DNA from: an uncultured Candidatus Poseidoniales archaeon
GTDB lineage: Archaea; Thermoplasmatota; Poseidoniia; Poseidoniales; CAYMED01
Reading direction: 5' to 3'
DNA: 62,640 nt
Assembly: GCA_964389655.1 (NCBI GenBank)
Contig: CAYMED010000016.1
Span: forward strand, 1 to 62,640
The notes beneath the pieces were generated by a model. That model did no database searches. It saw only the letters and a list, made by a program, of their open reading frames with translations, and was not told where the DNA came from. Shown here piece after piece: positions 1 to 9,513 of the stretch. Within the stretch, counting starts at the first letter, position 1, and every line of letters begins with the position of its first letter. The position numbers were made by a program, and so were the translations under genes.

Positions 1-137
1 CATTTCACTTTTTGGATACATGGGGCTAGAACCAAAGGATGTGGCTAACCCTAGGAGTTTTTTACTCAAATATATATCACAACATGTTTTACAATCAATT
101 GACATATACCAGCCATCTCGGGTCATTTGGAATTAGC

Positions 138-815
138 ATGGATGGAGTCATCACGCGCCAACGTGATATTTACCAAAGCCGATTCAATGAGTTTGGAGAT
201 CGGCCAGTGGGTTTCCATTGGAGGGACAAAAAGACGCGTGACTTGAGATTTGAACGCCTAATCGCTCACCTCCACCTCCAAGATGGGTTCAGCATGTATG
301 ATGTCGGATGTGGAACTGGAGAATTTCATAAATATCTCACTAATTCGGGATACAAACATTCCTACACTGGATGTGAAATAGTTCCGGAAATGTGTGCAAG
401 GGCCCAAGAGCTGTATCCTGATCAGTCCTTTGAAATTCGAAATATTCTCCAAGATGTATTGACCGATTCCCATGATCATGTTGTCGCGAGTGGAGTTTTT
501 TTTATCCGAGGCGATGATGACATGTCCATTTGGAAATCTCATGTGTTTTCCATGATTGATGCAATGTATGCGATTTCTCGTCGAAGTATTTCTTTCAACG
601 TGCTGGGGAATTGGTCTGACTGGCAGGATGATCAGTTGGCCTATTTTGACATGAATGAGTTACGAACGCATTGCGAGAAATTGACACGTTTTATGCACTT
701 TGATTTCTCATATCCCCTTTACGAAGGGACTGTGTCATTGTACAAACCTCAAGCGATTCAAGCCCTATATTCAAGCCCAGAATACGAGCGATATTTTATC
801 TCACAAGAGGGATGA
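138..815 (+). CDS. Class I SAM-dependent methyltransferase (glycosylation-cluster type)
   Basis: Motif I YDVGCGTG and VVASGVF. The ORF track starts at 39; ATG at 138 (MDGVIT) is the likelier start. Confidence 0.85.
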   Translation: MDGVITRQRDIYQSRFNEFGDRPVGFHWRDKKTRDLRFERLIAHLHLQDGFSMYDVGCGTGEFHKYLTNSGYKHSYTGCEIVPEMCARAQELYPDQSFEIRNILQDVLTDSHDHVVASGVFFIRGDDDMSIWKSHVFSMIDAMYAISRRSISFNVLGNWSDWQDDQLAYFDMNELRTHCEKLTRFMHFDFSYPLYEGTVSLYKPQAIQALYSSPEYERYFISQEG

Positions 816-862
816 AAAGCAGATGTGGTTGAATAAGGAAATTAGAACATAGGGGCTATTGA

Positions 863-1519
863 ATGAAATTAATCATTTTTGGGACGACAGCATCTGGGAA
901 AATCGCCCACTACTATTTCTCATCTGATTCCGAGTACGAAGTTGTTGCGTTTACGGTTGATTCAGCATATCTTGAATGTGATGAACTTTTAGGACTCCCC
1001 GTAGTTCCATTTGAGGAACTTCAGTCAATTTACCCATCCACTGACCATCACCTATTTGTTGCCATGGGTTATACTGGCATGAATCAGCAGCGGGCTGACA
1101 AGTATCAGCAGGCTAAACAAATGGGGTATCATCTAGCAACCTACATCAGCAGCCGTTGCAATTACCTCTCCACAGAATCTCCGGGCGAGAATTGCTTTAT
1201 TTTAGAAGATAATACAATTCAGCCGTTTGTTGAGATTGGAAATAATGTTGTTATGTGGAGTGGAAACCATATCGGTCATGACGCAATAATTGGTGATCAT
1301 TGCTTCATCAGTTCTCACGTAGTCATCAGTGGTTTTACGCGTATTGGCCCATCTTGTTTTCTAGGAGTTAACTCTACATTTCGGGATAGCATTGAGGTGG
1401 GTGAAAAGACTCTTATTGGTGCGGGGGCGGTCATCATGAAATCAACCGCTCCTGAGAGTGTTTGGCTACCTCCTAGAAGCACTAAGTTGTCAAAAAAGAG
1501 TTCTGAGGTTGGGATGTAG
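863..1519 (+). CDS. Sugar acetyltransferase, NeuD/PglD-like hexapeptide-repeat family
   Basis: N-terminal Rossmann-like KLIIFGT followed by left-handed beta-helix hexapeptides (IGNNVV, IGHDAI, IGDHCF, IGPSCF, VGEKTL, IGAGAV). Confidence 0.9.
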   Translation: MKLIIFGTTASGKIAHYYFSSDSEYEVVAFTVDSAYLECDELLGLPVVPFEELQSIYPSTDHHLFVAMGYTGMNQQRADKYQQAKQMGYHLATYISSRCNYLSTESPGENCFILEDNTIQPFVEIGNNVVMWSGNHIGHDAIIGDHCFISSHVVISGFTRIGPSCFLGVNSTFRDSIEVGEKTLIGAGAVIMKSTAPESVWLPPRSTKLSKKSSEVGM

Positions 1520-1523
1520 TCGC

Positions 1524-2315
1524 ATGGAATCTGAAGAAGCATACGGCATCACACGTGCAAGGATAAATGAGGGCCACCTCGACCGTGCTGAGGAAGAATT
1601 CAACCGCATAGGTATCACAATATTACCTCAAGTCATCAATGAGGGCCAAGCTGAAAGCCTCCGAGCAAAGTCTCAACAGCACATCCTTGGGAGAAACAGC
1701 AGTGACGTTCCAAAAGATGAGATGTTTTCGTGGAGGGCACCCTTGCTTTCTGATGGCGACTTTCGCACTTTGGCTATGAACAGTGACATTCTTTCGTTTG
1801 TTCAACGGATTCTACGGGATCAGAAGATACAGTTGCAGCTGCAGAATGTCATTGCACTTGAACCAAGTACAAAACATTCCCAAGGGCGTTGGCACCGTGA
1901 CCTCCCATACCAGCACTGGGTCTGTTCAGCTTGTCTCTCAGTGTCGGTTCTTGTTTGTCTCAGTGAATTCAATGAATCGACAGGTTCCACGAGGTTCATC
2001 CCAGGTAGTCATCTACATGAGGAGTTTCCTTCAGAGGAGTATGCGAAACAAAATACTCAGCAGTTCTCAGCACGACCAGGGGATGCAATCGCATTCAATT
2101 CGATGGTCTTCCACAGATCAGGATTCAATCAATCAGAAACACTGAGAGTTGGAGTAAATCATGTCTATACCCTTCCCTTCATCAAGCAACAGATTGATCT
2201 TTCTAGCATTGGTCCAGATTCTGACCAGCTCTCAGAGTTGGAACGCGACCTTTTTGGAATCAGTTTCAAGACGCCGTCGGATGTTGACAAATTCTACAGA
2301 AGGAAAGGAGTTTGA
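1524..2315 (+). CDS. Phytanoyl-CoA dioxygenase (PhyH) family Fe(II)/2-oxoglutarate dioxygenase
   Basis: WHRD (HxD), GSTRFIPGSH and distal FHRSGFN...R. The ATG at 1524 avoids overlap with the upstream gene. Confidence 0.85.
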   Translation: MESEEAYGITRARINEGHLDRAEEEFNRIGITILPQVINEGQAESLRAKSQQHILGRNSSDVPKDEMFSWRAPLLSDGDFRTLAMNSDILSFVQRILRDQKIQLQLQNVIALEPSTKHSQGRWHRDLPYQHWVCSACLSVSVLVCLSEFNESTGSTRFIPGSHLHEEFPSEEYAKQNTQQFSARPGDAIAFNSMVFHRSGFNQSETLRVGVNHVYTLPFIKQQIDLSSIGPDSDQLSELERDLFGISFKTPSDVDKFYRRKGV

Positions 2316-3214
2316 TGTGGTCGAAAATCGGGCTTGTGTTCTGTCCTAATCAAGAGCATCGTTGGATGCAATCCCATGCTGCAAATACATTTTCGATGAT
2401 TAAGGAACAGAATCTCATTCGAACCTATTTCAGTTGTAGAGATGTAGAGAATCGTTCACATATTGGTTGGGTGGAGTACACACTTGAGCCGAGCATAGAG
2501 ATTCAGAGAATCTCCGAGGAACCGGTACTGAGTCCCGGCGAAGTAGGGTATTTTGATGAAAATGGAGTTTCCCTCGCTTGTATCATACATCATGAAGGGC
2601 AGACTCGCCTGTACTATCTCGGTTGGACCTTGGGAAAAACAGTCCCTTGGCATAATAGCATAGGTTTAGCCATTATGGATAGTGATATGAATACTGCAGA
2701 AAGATACAGTCTTGCCCCGATTTATGATCGTAGTGATGTGGATCCAATCTCACTCTCTTACCCATTTCTCTTCAAGAACAATGATGAATTTCTCATCTAT
2801 TATGGATCCAATAGAGCATGGGGTCAGAAGAATGAGGATATGGATCACGTGATCAAGGTCGCCCGGAGTCAAGATGGAATCGCATTTGAACCGCTCAACC
2901 ATATCGCCTTGCAGCCAACCGGTCCTGATGAATATGCATTTTCTCGCCCATATGTTCGCAGAGAAGGTCATGAGTGGCAAATGTGGTACAGTTTTCGAGG
3001 TGCGTCATATCGAATAGGATACGCTGAATCACAGGATGGTATTCATTGGGTTCGGAATGATGCAAAGGTAGGAATCGGTGTATCAAATACTGGGTGGGAT
3101 TCAGAGATGGTTTGTTATCCTCATATCTTTCAACACGATGATCGGACGTATATGACGTACAATGGAAACCGATTTGGAAAGTCTGGATTTGGTATAGCGG
3201 TCCTTGTAGAATGA
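2312..3214 (+). CDS. Five-bladed beta-propeller, GH32/GH43/GH130-like protein of polysaccharide clusters
   Basis: Repeated blades: PVLSPG..GYFD, SYPFL, SQDGIAF, SRPYV, IGYAESQDGIHW, WDSEMVCYP, YNGNRFGKSGFG. Confidence 0.7.
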   Translation: MMWSKIGLVFCPNQEHRWMQSHAANTFSMIKEQNLIRTYFSCRDVENRSHIGWVEYTLEPSIEIQRISEEPVLSPGEVGYFDENGVSLACIIHHEGQTRLYYLGWTLGKTVPWHNSIGLAIMDSDMNTAERYSLAPIYDRSDVDPISLSYPFLFKNNDEFLIYYGSNRAWGQKNEDMDHVIKVARSQDGIAFEPLNHIALQPTGPDEYAFSRPYVRREGHEWQMWYSFRGASYRIGYAESQDGIHWVRNDAKVGIGVSNTGWDSEMVCYPHIFQHDDRTYMTYNGNRFGKSGFGIAVLVE

Positions 3215-3218
3215 TTGT

Positions 3219-4220
3219 TCATTTCTCTCTATTCTGTACCCTCTCAAATCTTTCCCTGATTACATAATGTGGCCTTGGTGCTGATTCACGTAATGATCTT
3301 CCAAGATACTCCCCCATAATTCCTATACCGAGAATCGTTATTCCCCCAAAGAATGTGATTAACATCACAGTTGTTGTGAACCCCGGGACCGTGGTTCCAT
3401 GTGTGAAATACTTGTTTATCTCATAGGCGGAATAAATCAAGCTCAGTGAGATGACAATCATGCCGAGAACCGAGAATCCCCGCATTGGACGTTCAGTCAA
3501 TGACACTTTGAGGAAGAATGTGTCTGAGATCAGTTTTCTGAGTGAATATCCGCTTTTTCCGTATTTTCTAGGAAGATGTGTGGCCTCAAAGGTTTCAATT
3601 CTGCTTGTGGACTTCATAATCATGATACCTAAATTCGGCTCAGATGTTCTGTATGAGATTACAGCATCTCGTACTGCCGAGGTGAAGGCAAAGAATGAAG
3701 TGACTGTGAACCCTTTGGGTGTGAGCGCCTGAGAGGAGAAAATTGCCGCAACAAGACTAGCACCTATTCTTCGATAGAATTTCTGTTTCTTAGAGTAATT
3801 TCCGTAAACAACATCAATGTCGGAGTCAGATTCGATGCAGTCTAGGATTTCAGATACTTCTTCAGGTGGTGTTTGCAAATCATCGTCTAGAACAACGGTG
3901 TATTTTCCACGTGCCTCATTTAATCCACATAATATCGCCCTATGCTGGCCAGTATTGTAAAGGAGGTTGATACCGATTACATTTTCTCGCTCGTGTGCCA
4001 AGGCCTTGATTGCATCTCTTGTACCACCCTCATCTGGGGATGCATCGTTGATCAGTATTATCTCAGATGATCTGGCTCGTTCTGCAAGTCCGTCGTTCAA
4101 TCTCGTGACCAATTCATCCAACCATGCCCCACTCTTGTAACAGGGAATGACGATACTGTACATGGCCCGTGCCATTTCGTTGCTCATGTCGAATCCCATT
4201 CGTTGTTTAGAGTCAGTCAT
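3219..4220 (-). CDS. GT2 glycosyltransferase, ArnC/GtrB-like polyprenol-phosphate type
   Basis: SIVIPCY, INDASPD, NTGQHRAILCG, LDDDLQTPPEE, two C-terminal TM helices and GIMGEYLGR. The exact start is uncertain. Confidence 0.9.
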   Translation of the reverse strand: MTDSKQRMGFDMSNEMARAMYSIVIPCYKSGAWLDELVTRLNDGLAERARSSEIILINDASPDEGGTRDAIKALAHERENVIGINLLYNTGQHRAILCGLNEARGKYTVVLDDDLQTPPEEVSEILDCIESDSDIDVVYGNYSKKQKFYRRIGASLVAAIFSSQALTPKGFTVTSFFAFTSAVRDAVISYRTSEPNLGIMIMKSTSRIETFEATHLPRKYGKSGYSLRKLISDTFFLKVSLTERPMRGFSVLGMIVISLSLIYSAYEINKYFTHGTTVPGFTTTVMLITFFGGITILGIGIMGEYLGRSLRESAPRPHYVIRERFERVQNREK

Positions 4221-4595
4221 ATCCTCATCCCATTGTGGAGCGTGTGGCCTTGATACACTACCTTTGGGGTCTGGTCGCGTAGTCTAGTACATTACCGAAC
4301 TGGTATTATTGTTTTTTCAAGTGCCAATTCCTTATCTTTTTCAATCACCACTTTGAATCAATGATTGTATCTGACACATAATGTTTGATGACAATGCACT
4401 CATTTTTGATACTTTTTGCAAGTTTTTGTGGGTTCTTGAAGATTTCTCCACCTCTCTTTTGAAAGGACGGTGACCTTCATGTTCTCAACTCAGGTGCTAT
4501 TTGAATGACTCTACTACATTATGCATGTGGATATTCCAACTAACGCTGGTGTATTATCTACATGTTCTTTCATCACAGAGGGTGAAGAATAATCG

Positions 4596-5318
4596 TTAAT
4601 TACCTTCCATCCCCGTATAACTTGGCGAAGTGCTGTCCCGCCAGCCCCATATATATTTAGAAGCATCATTCCCCGTCATTGCGATGAGATCAAGGACGCT
4701 AACTTCATGATCAAATTGTCCATGTAATTGACCATATTCAGGATATCCGCTGTAATCTTTCCATTTCAATTCAATTCCAGCCTCCTTAAACTCGTTTCCG
4801 ATGTATACTTTTGCAGCAGGCCCTGAAATGTATCTCGTAGCTCCTAAGTGATTTAGAATACTGATTAGGCGTTCAGATTTCCGTCCATGCTGTGGTATTT
4901 CAGAGGAACAGATCAACTCTGTATCGATTTTAAGAAAATTACATATTTCCCGAATCATATGCTGATTCAGTTGTGAGATCGTTTTTGCCTCACACGTTCG
5001 TAAACCCCTAATGAGTTCTTCAACAAGCCCCCAATGTGGGCTGGATTTGTAGGATTGCTTCAATGCACTGCAATGACTTTCGATCCATTCATTTCCTGAG
5101 ATTTCTGTTTCTTGAATGGTAAATTTAGTACTTCCCCGTACGGGGACTGTGATCCATCTTGTCCCCAATGGGGATTTAATTCTGTTACGGTTGATCCATC
5201 CGCGCTTTGAATATTGTACATTATCATAAAACACAAAGACATCTACGTCTTGCACAAATTCAAAGAATCCTTTCCAAGGAAGATAAGCGGTTTGGATAAT
5301 GGCCGCCGTCTTTTCCAT
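4596..5318 (-). CDS. WbqC-like family protein
   Basis: IIQTAYLPWKGFF, YDNVQY..RGWINRNRIK, WITVPV, YISGPAAKVY, YPEYGQLHG.F...VSVLDL. Confidence 0.9.
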   Translation of the reverse strand: MEKTAAIIQTAYLPWKGFFEFVQDVDVFVFYDNVQYSKRGWINRNRIKSPLGTRWITVPVRGSTKFTIQETEISGNEWIESHCSALKQSYKSSPHWGLVEELIRGLRTCEAKTISQLNQHMIREICNFLKIDTELICSSEIPQHGRKSERLISILNHLGATRYISGPAAKVYIGNEFKEAGIELKWKDYSGYPEYGQLHGQFDHEVSVLDLIAMTGNDASKYIWGWRDSTSPSYTGMEGN

Positions 5319-5452
5319 ACTTGTCGGCTCGATCAGTAGGCCATAGGTCTTCGCTTTGGATCGAACGTGGATTTGAAAAATAAGATTATTACTCCATTGC
5401 TCTTATCTTCATCACCGATCGTTTCATGCCGCGCCCCTAATTCGGATCATTT

Positions 5453-6586
5453 GTGCCGGCACCCATCCTGTTCAATATGCCGTGGTTAGCAGGCAAGGAA
5501 AAAATGTACCTTGATGAAGTCATTTCTAGCAATTCATTCGCAGGAAATGGCCCTTTTACTAAGCGTTGTCATGCCTTCTTAGAACAGAAATTCGAAGTCC
5601 CCCATGTTCTTTTGACAACGTCGTGTACCGCCGCTCTTGAATTGGCCGCAATGGCCCACAACCTTGGGCAAGGCGATGAAATTATTGTCCCCTCATACAC
5701 GTTTGTTTCAACAGCTTCTGCCTTTCTTCGCACGGGTGCTTCAGTGATCTTTGCAGATATGGATCCAGACACGTTGATGCTTGACCCAAATGATGTCAAG
5801 AATCGAATTACTGAGAGGACAAAGGCGGTTGTTGCAGTACACTATGCTGGATTTGCTGCAGATCTCACCGCCTTGAATCGCATTTGTGATGCTCACGGCC
5901 TCATTTTGATTGAGGATGCTGCCCAGGGCCTCGCTTCTTCATCAAATGAGTATTGGCTTGGCACAGTGGGTTCAATGGGATGCATTTCTTTTCACGAAAC
6001 AAAGAACATTCACTGTGGATTGGGTGGTGCATTATTCATCAATGACCCCGAATTTTTTGACCGAACCGAGAACATTTGGGAACGTGGTACAAACCGAACA
6101 AAGATGTTCAAGGGCCTTGTCGATAAATACAGTTGGGTTGAGACGGGATCGTCTTTCTATCCTTCTGAACTTCAAGCCGCTTTTCTCCTAGCACAACTCG
6201 AAGAAATGGGCCGCAATCTCGATGAACGCTCTCTGATCTCAGAATCGTATGACCTTCACTTGTCAAAATTGGCAGAAAGTGGACGAATGAAGCAACAATA
6301 CCGCGCTCCAAGCCTTTCTTGGAATCATCACGCGGTTGTGATCATTCTTGAATCACAAGAATTGGCGGATAAAGTTCGAATTCATCTCAAATCAAGGAAA
6401 ATTAATGCCTACATTGGATATGTACCCCTTCATACATCTGAAATGGGCTTGAAAATGGGCTGGAAAGCAGAAGATCTTCCGGTTACACATGCGATTGCAT
6501 CAAGAGTCCTTCGCCTCCCAATTCATCATCAAATGACGGTTGATGATGTTGAACGTGTATGCAATGAAATAGCAACTTGTTTATGA
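5453..6586 (+). CDS. wecE: dTDP-4-amino-4,6-dideoxygalactose transaminase-like (DegT/DnrJ PLP family)
   Basis: GNGPFTKRC, TSCTAALE, PSYTFVSTA, EDAAQG, SFHETKN (PLP lysine), GTNR..F.GLVDKYSW, GSSFYPSEL. Confidence 0.9.
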   Translation: MPAPILFNMPWLAGKEKMYLDEVISSNSFAGNGPFTKRCHAFLEQKFEVPHVLLTTSCTAALELAAMAHNLGQGDEIIVPSYTFVSTASAFLRTGASVIFADMDPDTLMLDPNDVKNRITERTKAVVAVHYAGFAADLTALNRICDAHGLILIEDAAQGLASSSNEYWLGTVGSMGCISFHETKNIHCGLGGALFINDPEFFDRTENIWERGTNRTKMFKGLVDKYSWVETGSSFYPSELQAAFLLAQLEEMGRNLDERSLISESYDLHLSKLAESGRMKQQYRAPSLSWNHHAVVIILESQELADKVRIHLKSRKINAYIGYVPLHTSEMGLKMGWKAEDLPVTHAIASRVLRLPIHHQMTVDDVERVCNEIATCL

Positions 6587-6613
6587 TCGAGTAGAACTGA
6601 TTTAGTAACTGAG

Positions 6614-7402
6614 ATGGAGTTGAATTTGGTGAACTCAGATTACGAGGAGAATTTCCGAACATATATCTCACAATTAGATTCACTGTTTGAGAGATATTCA
6701 GTGTCTGCACAGAGACGAGAACACCATTTCGAGTGCCTCTCAGATTGGAACCAATTTCATACAATCGATGACGTTCGCAGTTGGTTCATCCAGCAAAGAA
6801 AGTCTTGCACAATGGTTGTTACAGATATTCCTCTCAAGCAATGCAATATGTGGGATGTTGATGATGAAACTGGCGATATCCGTCATACATCAGGTGAATT
6901 CTTCTCAGTTCATGGCATCCATGTTGACTTAGATTCCCGTGAAGTTGGAAAAGGAGGTTGGGACCAACCAATCCTGACCCAAGTTGGCTATGATGGTGGG
7001 CTTCTTGGTATTCTCAGGCAACGTTTTGATGGAGTTCCACATTATCTAATTGAAGCAAAGGCAGAACCAGGAAATTATGAGCGCCTACAATTTTCACCCA
7101 CACTACAAGCCACTTTTTCAAATCTAAAACGGGCGCATCAAGGAAGAAAACCCCTCTTTGCAGAAGTCTTTGAGTTTCCTGAATCAGTATCTGGAAATGT
7201 CTTGTATGACCAATGGATGTCTGAAGACGGCGGGCGCCTCCACCTCAAACGAAACAGAGGAATGCTTGTTGAGGTTCCAGATGGATATGTCGGAAAAATC
7301 CCTTCAGGATTCATATGGCTTTCAATGTGGCAAATCAAAGAACTGTTACAGGAAGATGCGTGGGTGAACCCTCACATACGTGGAATTATTTCGAATTTGT
7401 AG
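6614..7402 (+). CDS. NDP-hexose 2,3-dehydratase family protein (single domain)
   Basis: H.SGEFFSV.G, WDQPIL.Q, GLLG, YLIEAKAEPGN, SPTLQATFSN, SEDGGR..KRNR.M. Confidence 0.85.
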   Translation: MELNLVNSDYEENFRTYISQLDSLFERYSVSAQRREHHFECLSDWNQFHTIDDVRSWFIQQRKSCTMVVTDIPLKQCNMWDVDDETGDIRHTSGEFFSVHGIHVDLDSREVGKGGWDQPILTQVGYDGGLLGILRQRFDGVPHYLIEAKAEPGNYERLQFSPTLQATFSNLKRAHQGRKPLFAEVFEFPESVSGNVLYDQWMSEDGGRLHLKRNRGMLVEVPDGYVGKIPSGFIWLSMWQIKELLQEDAWVNPHIRGIISNL

Positions 7403-7405
7403 TGT

Positions 7406-8356
7406 GTGATTATGTCTTTAAATGTCGCTGTTTGGGGCCTTGGATCTCACGCTCAAAGAAATATAATACCCGCATTAATGGAATGCAATAGGACAGAACT
7501 ACATGGTGTTTGGACACGCTCACCCGATGTGTGTAGAGATGTTTCTAAGACATATGGTATTCTATCTTATACTTCAGAATCAGAAATGCTAGAAGATGCT
7601 TCAGTTGATGTTATCATTGTTGCAACACCTGTTGGAATGCATCACGAGCACGGCCTTGCAGTGCTTCGATCAGGTAAGCACCTTTGGTGCGAGAAATCAC
7701 TTGCCTCAGATGTATCCCAAATTCAGGAACTAATTGATGCATCTTTGCAGTTTGACCGCCAAGTACATGAATTATTCATGTTTCTTCATCACCCCCAATT
7801 TTTGGCCATAGAAGATGCAGTTGTTTCAGGAAAAATCGGCACATTAAGGAGTCTAACTGCGAGGTTTGGTTTCCCACATCTCCCACGTGACAATATTCGT
7901 TATAATTCAAAATTAGGTGGCGGTTCCTTGCTCGATGCTGGTTGTTATCCTATTGCAGCAGCACATGCACTTATTGGCCCTAAGCCCGTTGTATTCAGCA
8001 GCAATTTGTGGGCCGAAGACGGCTATGATGTAGATACTCAAGGGAGTGCTCATTTGGTCTATCCAAATGGCTGCCGTGCTCATCTAGAATGGGGCTTTGG
8101 TCATTCATATCGAAATGAAATTGAAGTCTGGGGAAGTGACGGTTGGCTGAGGGCAGAGCGCGCATTTTCAAAGCCCTCTTCTCTCTCAACCACTGTTGAA
8201 ATTCATCAACAAGGGGGGAGCAGCATCATCGAAATTGATCCAGCGGATCATTTTTCTCTGATGTTTGAGCATTTTTCATCTCTACCGAAAAATGATTGGG
8301 CTCTCGCACAAGGATCACTCATTGAAATTCTACGAACTCAATCCAGTCCCGATTAG
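7406..8356 (+). CDS. Gfo/Idh/MocA oxidoreductase, probable NDP-hexose 3-ketoreductase
   Basis: GLGSHA, GKHLWCEKSL, MFLHHPQF, FGFP...NIRY..LGGGSLLDAGCYP, WGFGHSYRN. Follows the 2,3-dehydratase. Confidence 0.85.
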   Translation: MIMSLNVAVWGLGSHAQRNIIPALMECNRTELHGVWTRSPDVCRDVSKTYGILSYTSESEMLEDASVDVIIVATPVGMHHEHGLAVLRSGKHLWCEKSLASDVSQIQELIDASLQFDRQVHELFMFLHHPQFLAIEDAVVSGKIGTLRSLTARFGFPHLPRDNIRYNSKLGGGSLLDAGCYPIAAAHALIGPKPVVFSSNLWAEDGYDVDTQGSAHLVYPNGCRAHLEWGFGHSYRNEIEVWGSDGWLRAERAFSKPSSLSTTVEIHQQGGSSIIEIDPADHFSLMFEHFSSLPKNDWALAQGSLIEILRTQSSPD

Positions 8357-9513
8357 AGATTGTGATACATCTCGATGTGTCTTTCAGCAATTGATTCGAT
8401 GCTGTATTTTGAAGTCACTCGCGTATGACCATTTTTTCCAATCCCGTCTCTCTCTTCGCGTGTCATATCAATAGTAATCCTCATAGCTTCAGCTAATGCA
8501 AATGCAGAACCGGAGTTGAACTGAATTCCACATTCCTGAATTTTTATTCCTTGGTCGAAGGGTTCGGTTCCTAATAATTCGCAAATGGGCCCAATGTCGG
8601 ATGCAACAATGCATCTCGCCATGCCTAATGCTTCAAGTCCCAAGATCGGAAACCCTTCTGCTCGACTCGGAAGCAAGATCATATCTGCGGCACTCATTTC
8701 ATTCAGCAGCCTCTCCCTTGATACCGATCCTAATGCAGATACATTTTTTGGTAGCTTCACCAATTTGTTTGTATCTGGTCCGATAAGGCACAGTTTCACT
8801 TCAGAAAAGGTAGTTGATGAACTAACTATTTCCCATGCCCTTAGTGTCAAATCAAATCCCTTGTAGGGGTGGTTTCTTCCAACCTGGATAATGCGTAATT
8901 CATTCTCAGAGACTCCTAATTTGGCACGAGCACGTTCGCGCGTCAAAGATAATTCAAGGACATCTAGTGGGACCGGATTTGGGATGACTTCAATGTGAGA
9001 GCGACTGATTCCCGTTCCTTTCGCAATATATTCGGCAAGTTCAGAAGATACCGCCACCACTTTGTCTACGTCTTGGATGATTTTCAGTTCAGTTCGCAAT
9101 CTTGCCCATTTCTTGGATGATTTTTTGGGAAGAAGCCAAGCAAAATTATGTGATGTGAACACAACTTTTCTTCCTTTCTTCGATTTTAGGGCACGTTTGG
9201 CGACAAATTGTCCATGTGTATGCCAAATTTCGTCACCTTCCCGCTTGTTCAACCATGGTTGAAGAATCCGCCCCCATTTCATATGCTTCCAAATGAGGGG
9301 GCCTCGCAGTGGCTTAGACAACACTTCAAACAGGTTTGGTGTTGCAGGACTGCCTGGGGTGGGGGTGGATACCCTCACTTCCTTTTTCCCTAAAGCTGGA
9401 ACAAGGTCGAGCAGAATCCCTTCTACAGCTCCAGCCCCCTCTGGGGGAATGGGCAAGCATCCTGGGGGGATCATGGCGACTTTCAAGGCATCGTTGTTGT
9501 CATTCATGCTCAC
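8353..9513 (-). CDS. GT4 glycosyltransferase
   Basis: PIPP.GAGAVE, VIPNPV, VGR..PYKG, PSRAEGFPILGLEA (EX7E). Confidence 0.9.
   Translation of the reverse strand: MSMNDNNDALKVAMIPPGCLPIPPEGAGAVEGILLDLVPALGKKEVRVSTPTPGSPATPNLFEVLSKPLRGPLIWKHMKWGRILQPWLNKREGDEIWHTHGQFVAKRALKSKKGRKVVFTSHNFAWLLPKKSSKKWARLRTELKIIQDVDKVVAVSSELAEYIAKGTGISRSHIEVIPNPVPLDVLELSLTRERARAKLGVSENELRIIQVGRNHPYKGFDLTLRAWEIVSSSTTFSEVKLCLIGPDTNKLVKLPKNVSALGSVSRERLLNEMSAADMILLPSRAEGFPILGLEALGMARCIVASDIGPICELLGTEPFDQGIKIQECGIQFNSGSAFALAEAMRITIDMTREERDGIGKNGHTRVTSKYSIESIAERHIEMYHNL

Noticed and set aside
4221-4595. 375-nt gap as an ncRNA or pseudogene
   Set aside because: The frames I translated gave only short ORFs with no recognisable similarity, and I saw no convincing stem-loops; no call can be supported.
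5453-8356. Antibiotic or secondary-metabolite cluster
   Set aside because: No PKS, NRPS or GT1 aglycone glycosyltransferase; the neighbours point to surface glycan synthesis.
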